Assembly (NCBI GenBank): GCA_036004405.1
Contig: DASYRM010000195.1
Span: 15,250 to 79,249, forward strand
Reading direction: 5' to 3'
From: Vicinamibacterales bacterium
Lineage (GTDB): Bacteria > Acidobacteriota > Vicinamibacteria > Vicinamibacterales > UBA2999
Length of the DNA: 64,000 nucleotides
The position numbers and the translations under genes were made by a program. Position 1 is the first letter of the stretch. The number at the start of each line of letters is the position of its first letter. Below, piece by piece: positions 60,933 to 64,000 of this stretch. Below the pieces are notes generated by a model that worked only from the letters and a program-made list of their open reading frames with translations, was not told where the DNA came from and did not search any database.

Positions 60933-61460
60933 CTACTTGTGCGTGTTGATGTAGTCGGTCACGAACGCGATCATCGCCGGCTCGCGCAGGCCGATGGCTT
61001 CGGCCTCGGTCCGTGCCTGGTCGATCGGCCAGTGATCCTGCAGCACGCGCTTGATCATCCACATGCCGCCCACGCGGTTGGCCGAGCCGCAGTGGATGAA
61101 CACCGGCTGATTGCTCTTGTCGGCCACGGTGGCGAGGAACTTGGTGACCACGGCGGCGTCAGGCGTCGCGGTGTTGAACGGCAAGTGAAAGTACTTCAGG
61201 CCGGCGCTCTGCGCCGCGGCACGCCCGGCCTCCACGTCGGCGCCCTGCTCGGTGGGCATCCGCAGGTTCACCACCGACACGTAGCCCTCGGCCTTGAGCG
61301 CCGTCATCGCCGACGCGTCGGTGGCGCCGGCGCACCCCACGGTCGCGTCCACTTTCGAGTAGTTGCGGACGCCCGCCAGCTCCGCTTTGCGGACCTGGGC
61401 GAGCGCGGAAGTGGCGATCGCCACCGAGAGAGCCAGAGACAAGCATGCGCGCAGGATCAT
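60933..61460 (-). CDS. Exported PTP-like/DUF442-type protein
   Basis: Signal peptide, VVNLR..E, HCGSANR (CX5R-like loop). Confidence 0.82.
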   Translation of the reverse strand: MILRACLSLALSVAIATSALAQVRKAELAGVRNYSKVDATVGCAGATDASAMTALKAEGYVSVVNLRMPTEQGADVEAGRAAAQSAGLKYFHLPFNTATPDAAVVTKFLATVADKSNQPVFIHCGSANRVGGMWMIKRVLQDHWPIDQARTEAEAIGLREPAMIAFVTDYINTHK

Positions 61461-61489
61461 GATGCGCCTCCTGCGCGCATTGTACTGTC

Positions 61490-61512
61490 GCAGGGGCCGC
61501 CTTCAGGCGGCC
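61490..61512 (+). repeat. GTAG-family REP (GCAG variant)
   Basis: GCAGGGGCCGCC-TTCA-GGCGGCC preceded by CTGTC as at 9162. Confidence 0.75.
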
Positions 61513-61518
61513 ACGTAA

Positions 61519-62433
61519 TTAGCGTTCGACGCTGACCACGACCGGGCGCTCGATGCGCACGGTGACCGGAGAGCCGGAGGGAAGCGTGGCCGCGTTGCGC
61601 CCCGAGGCAGCCACCGCCGCCGTGCCGGCGCCGGCGCCAATCGAGCCGCCGATGGCCGCGCCCTTGGCGCCGCCCAGAATGCCGCCGATGATGGCGCCGC
61701 CGATGGCGCCGCCGCCGATCTTGGCGGCGTTCTCGTTGCGAACCGACTCGCCCTCGCGGTAGATCGGCTCCGTGTCGATGTCCAGGCGCGTGCCGTCGCC
61801 GAGCACGATCGACGTGAAGCGCACGCCCAGGCGGGCGCGTTCGCGCACGCGCGCGCCGCGCTCGACGAAGGTCACCTCGCCGTGCGCCTTCGAGCCGGCG
61901 GGAATCGCTACGCGATCACCGACACGCACGTCGCGCGTCACCCGCGCAATCACCTCGTCCTCGACGCGCGCGGTTTCGCTCGTGACCGAGGTTTCGAGCT
62001 GCAGGCCGATCACCGACTGCGCCGGCAGCTCGAGATCTTCGAACTTCGGCTCGGGCGGCGCGGGCGCCAGTTCAGCGACACGCGGGGCCTCGGCCGGCAG
62101 CGGCGCCGGCGTCTCGGTTTGCGCCGGCGTGGCCTGCGCCGCGGGTGCCGAGGCGGCGGCCGCGGACGGGGTCCGCGCCGGAGCCGGCGCCGCGTGCGCC
62201 GGGTGCGCAGCCGCCGGTGCGGCGTTCGGGTGGCCGGCAGCCGCCGGCGCCGCCGGCGACGGTGCCACGACTCCCTCGGATTCCTCGACGGTGGGACGTG
62301 TAGCCGTGAAGGGAGCGGCGGGTCCGGAGGCGGCCTCGGTGCGCCCGGCGCGGGTGGCAATCAGGGCGCCGGCGGCTCCGGCCGCCAGGCTGACGATGGC
62401 CACGATCCAGATGGTGGTCCTGTTGATCTGCAT
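61519..62433 (-). CDS. Membrane-anchored protein with Pro/Ala linker, TrbI/VirB10-like domain and glycine zipper
   Basis: AIPAGSKAHGEV, KIGGGAIGGAIIGGILGGAKGAAIG. Confidence 0.8.
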   Translation of the reverse strand: MQINRTTIWIVAIVSLAAGAAGALIATRAGRTEAASGPAAPFTATRPTVEESEGVVAPSPAAPAAAGHPNAAPAAAHPAHAAPAPARTPSAAAASAPAAQATPAQTETPAPLPAEAPRVAELAPAPPEPKFEDLELPAQSVIGLQLETSVTSETARVEDEVIARVTRDVRVGDRVAIPAGSKAHGEVTFVERGARVRERARLGVRFTSIVLGDGTRLDIDTEPIYREGESVRNENAAKIGGGAIGGAIIGGILGGAKGAAIGGSIGAGAGTAAVAASGRNAATLPSGSPVTVRIERPVVVSVER

Positions 62434-62461
62434 GTGCAGCGCTCCCTAGGCCCTTCAACCG

Positions 62462-62477
62462 AGCAAGGGTCGTGCCC
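62462..62477 (-). promoter_or_regulatory. Candidate sigma54 promoter
   Basis: Minus strand GGGCAC-GACCC-TTGCT (GG-N10-GC) about 30 nt upstream of ATG 62433. Confidence 0.55.
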
Positions 62478-62545
62478 GGAAGACCCAGTGCAATGGGCCC
62501 CAAGATCGCACAAAACGTCCGAAAAGGGGTGTCCTGCACGGGGGA

Positions 62546-63238
62546 CTACCCCGCGAACTTATACCCCAGACCGTGGACGGTCAGGATGAGCTGCGGGTGG
62601 CGCGGATTGTCCTCGATCTTCTGGCGCAGCCAGGCGATGTGGACGTCCACCGTGCGGGTGGACGGCATGGCGTTGTAGCCCCACACCTCGTTCAACAGCT
62701 CGTCGCGCGAGAGCGCGGCGCCGCGATGCTCGATGAAATAGCGCAGCAGCTTGAACTCGCGCGCCGAGAGCTCCACCGGCGCGCCGTTCTTGGTCACCTC
62801 GGCGCGGCGGAAGTCGATGGTCACGTCGCCGAACCGGTAGCTCTCGGAGGTGGTGGCGGCCGCCGCGGTGGACGCGCTGCGCCGGAGCAGCGCCTCGATG
62901 CGCGCCAACAGCTCCGCCATCTCGAACGGCTTCACGAGGTAGTCGTCTGCCCCGAGCTTCAGCCCCACCACGCGGTCCACGACCTGCCCGCGCGCGGTGA
63001 GCATCAGGATGGGCGTCTGAAGGCCCTTCTGCCGCACGGCGCGGCAGATGTCGAAGCCGTTGCCGCCCGGCAGCATGACGTCGAGCAGGATGATGTCGAA
63101 GTGGCCGCTCGTGGCTTTGGCCAGGCCCGAGTGTGCGTCGGTGGCGCTGTCCACGTCGAAGCCTTCCGACGCGAGCCTGTCCGTGAGGGTCATCACGAGG
63201 CCGGGCTCGTCTTCGACGAGAAGCAGTCGGCGGGACAC
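62546..63238 (-). CDS. OmpR-family response regulator
   Basis: LLVEDE, LLDVMLP, MLTA, GADDYLVKPF, TRTVDVHIAWLRQK. Confidence 0.95.
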   Translation of the reverse strand: MSRRLLLVEDEPGLVMTLTDRLASEGFDVDSATDAHSGLAKATSGHFDIILLDVMLPGGNGFDICRAVRQKGLQTPILMLTARGQVVDRVVGLKLGADDYLVKPFEMAELLARIEALLRRSASTAAAATTSESYRFGDVTIDFRRAEVTKNGAPVELSAREFKLLRYFIEHRGAALSRDELLNEVWGYNAMPSTRTVDVHIAWLRQKIEDNPRHPQLILTVHGLGYKFAG

Positions 63239-63246
63239 CCCAGGAC

Positions 63247-64000
63247 TCAGGTGCGGGCCGTGTGGGCCGTGACGCCCGCCCCGCTGGCAACCGCGCTGGG
63301 ACGCGACTGCGGCGGCGCCACCGGGAGGGTCAGGGTGAATGTCGTGCCCACGTTGGATTTGCTGCTCACGGCCACACGGCCGCCGTGTGCGTTGACGATG
63401 CGCCGCACCAGCGACAGGCCCAGACCGTTGCCGTGCACCTGTCCAGCCACGGCATCGGACCCGCGGTAGAACGGCTCGAAGATGTGCGGCAGATCGGCGG
63501 CGGGAATTCCGGCGCCGTGATCGCTCACGGTGATGCAGATCTCGGGACGGCGACCCGCGATCTGCTCGACGCGCACGCCAACCCAGCGATCCGCGCCGCC
63601 GTATTTCACCGCGTTGGCGAGCAGGTTCTGGATCGCCGATCGCAGCGCCGCCGCGTCGCCGATCACGTCGGGCAGATCGGGCGCGATGTCGCGCTCGACG
63701 GTCAGCGTGCCGGCGCCCACCGCGGCAATGGCGGTGTCGATGGCCGCCTCGACGATTTCAACCGGCGATACCGGCGCCGGGTTGCCGAGTGGCGCCCCCG
63801 ACTCCAGCCCCGCGTACTGCAGCACGCTCTCGATCATCTCACCAAGGCGCCGCGCTTCGGCCTCGATGACGGTGCCATAGCGCTTGACCTTGTCGGTGTT
63901 GCCGACCACGCCGTGTGACAGGTTCTCAGCCGCCGACCGGATGACGGCCACCGGGGTGCGCAGCTCGTGCGTGACGCCGGCGACGAATTCCATCTGCTGC
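63247..64000 (-). CDS. Sensor histidine kinase (partial, starts beyond window)
   Basis: VTHELRTP, NLLANAVKY, DHGAGI, GNGLGLSLV. Confidence 0.93.
   Translation of the reverse strand, partial: QQMEFVAGVTHELRTPVAVIRSAAENLSHGVVGNTDKVKRYGTVIEAEARRLGEMIESVLQYAGLESGAPLGNPAPVSPVEIVEAAIDTAIAAVGAGTLTVERDIAPDLPDVIGDAAALRSAIQNLLANAVKYGGADRWVGVRVEQIAGRRPEICITVSDHGAGIPAADLPHIFEPFYRGSDAVAGQVHGNGLGLSLVRRIVNAHGGRVAVSSKSNVGTTFTLTLPVAPPQSRPSAVASGAGVTAHTART

Overview
High-GC, gene-dense bacterial chromosome window. The gene set and repeat style suggest Acidobacteriota, probably Vicinamibacteria (inference). It carries: rmlA/rmlC, an epimerase, hemH, monomeric icd, tandem M61 peptidases, an SSS transporter, an M16 peptidase pair, two ECF sigma/anti-sigma pairs, purEK, a penicillin-acylase-family gene, bshB1-bshA, DUF1800/DUF1501, a TetR-controlled HlyD/ABC/TolC exporter, a divergent groESL, a his operon with an unannotated His-rich leader attenuator, and a two-component pair. 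I saw no rRNA, tRNA, CRISPR array, integrase or transposase. The most striking structure is non-coding: about 24 full or partial GTAG-type REP hairpins. Eight of them supply the TAG stop codon of a gene and several are translated in frame inside proteins. One is part of a 56-bp direct repeat that brackets a complete promoter+gene unit (VOC), which looks like REP-associated gene insertion. Other features missed by the ORF track are two decayed toxin-antitoxin modules, a 46-aa heptad-repeat miniprotein, a palindromic bidirectional ECF42-type promoter and tandem operator boxes. All calls come from reading the sequence; no database searches were run.
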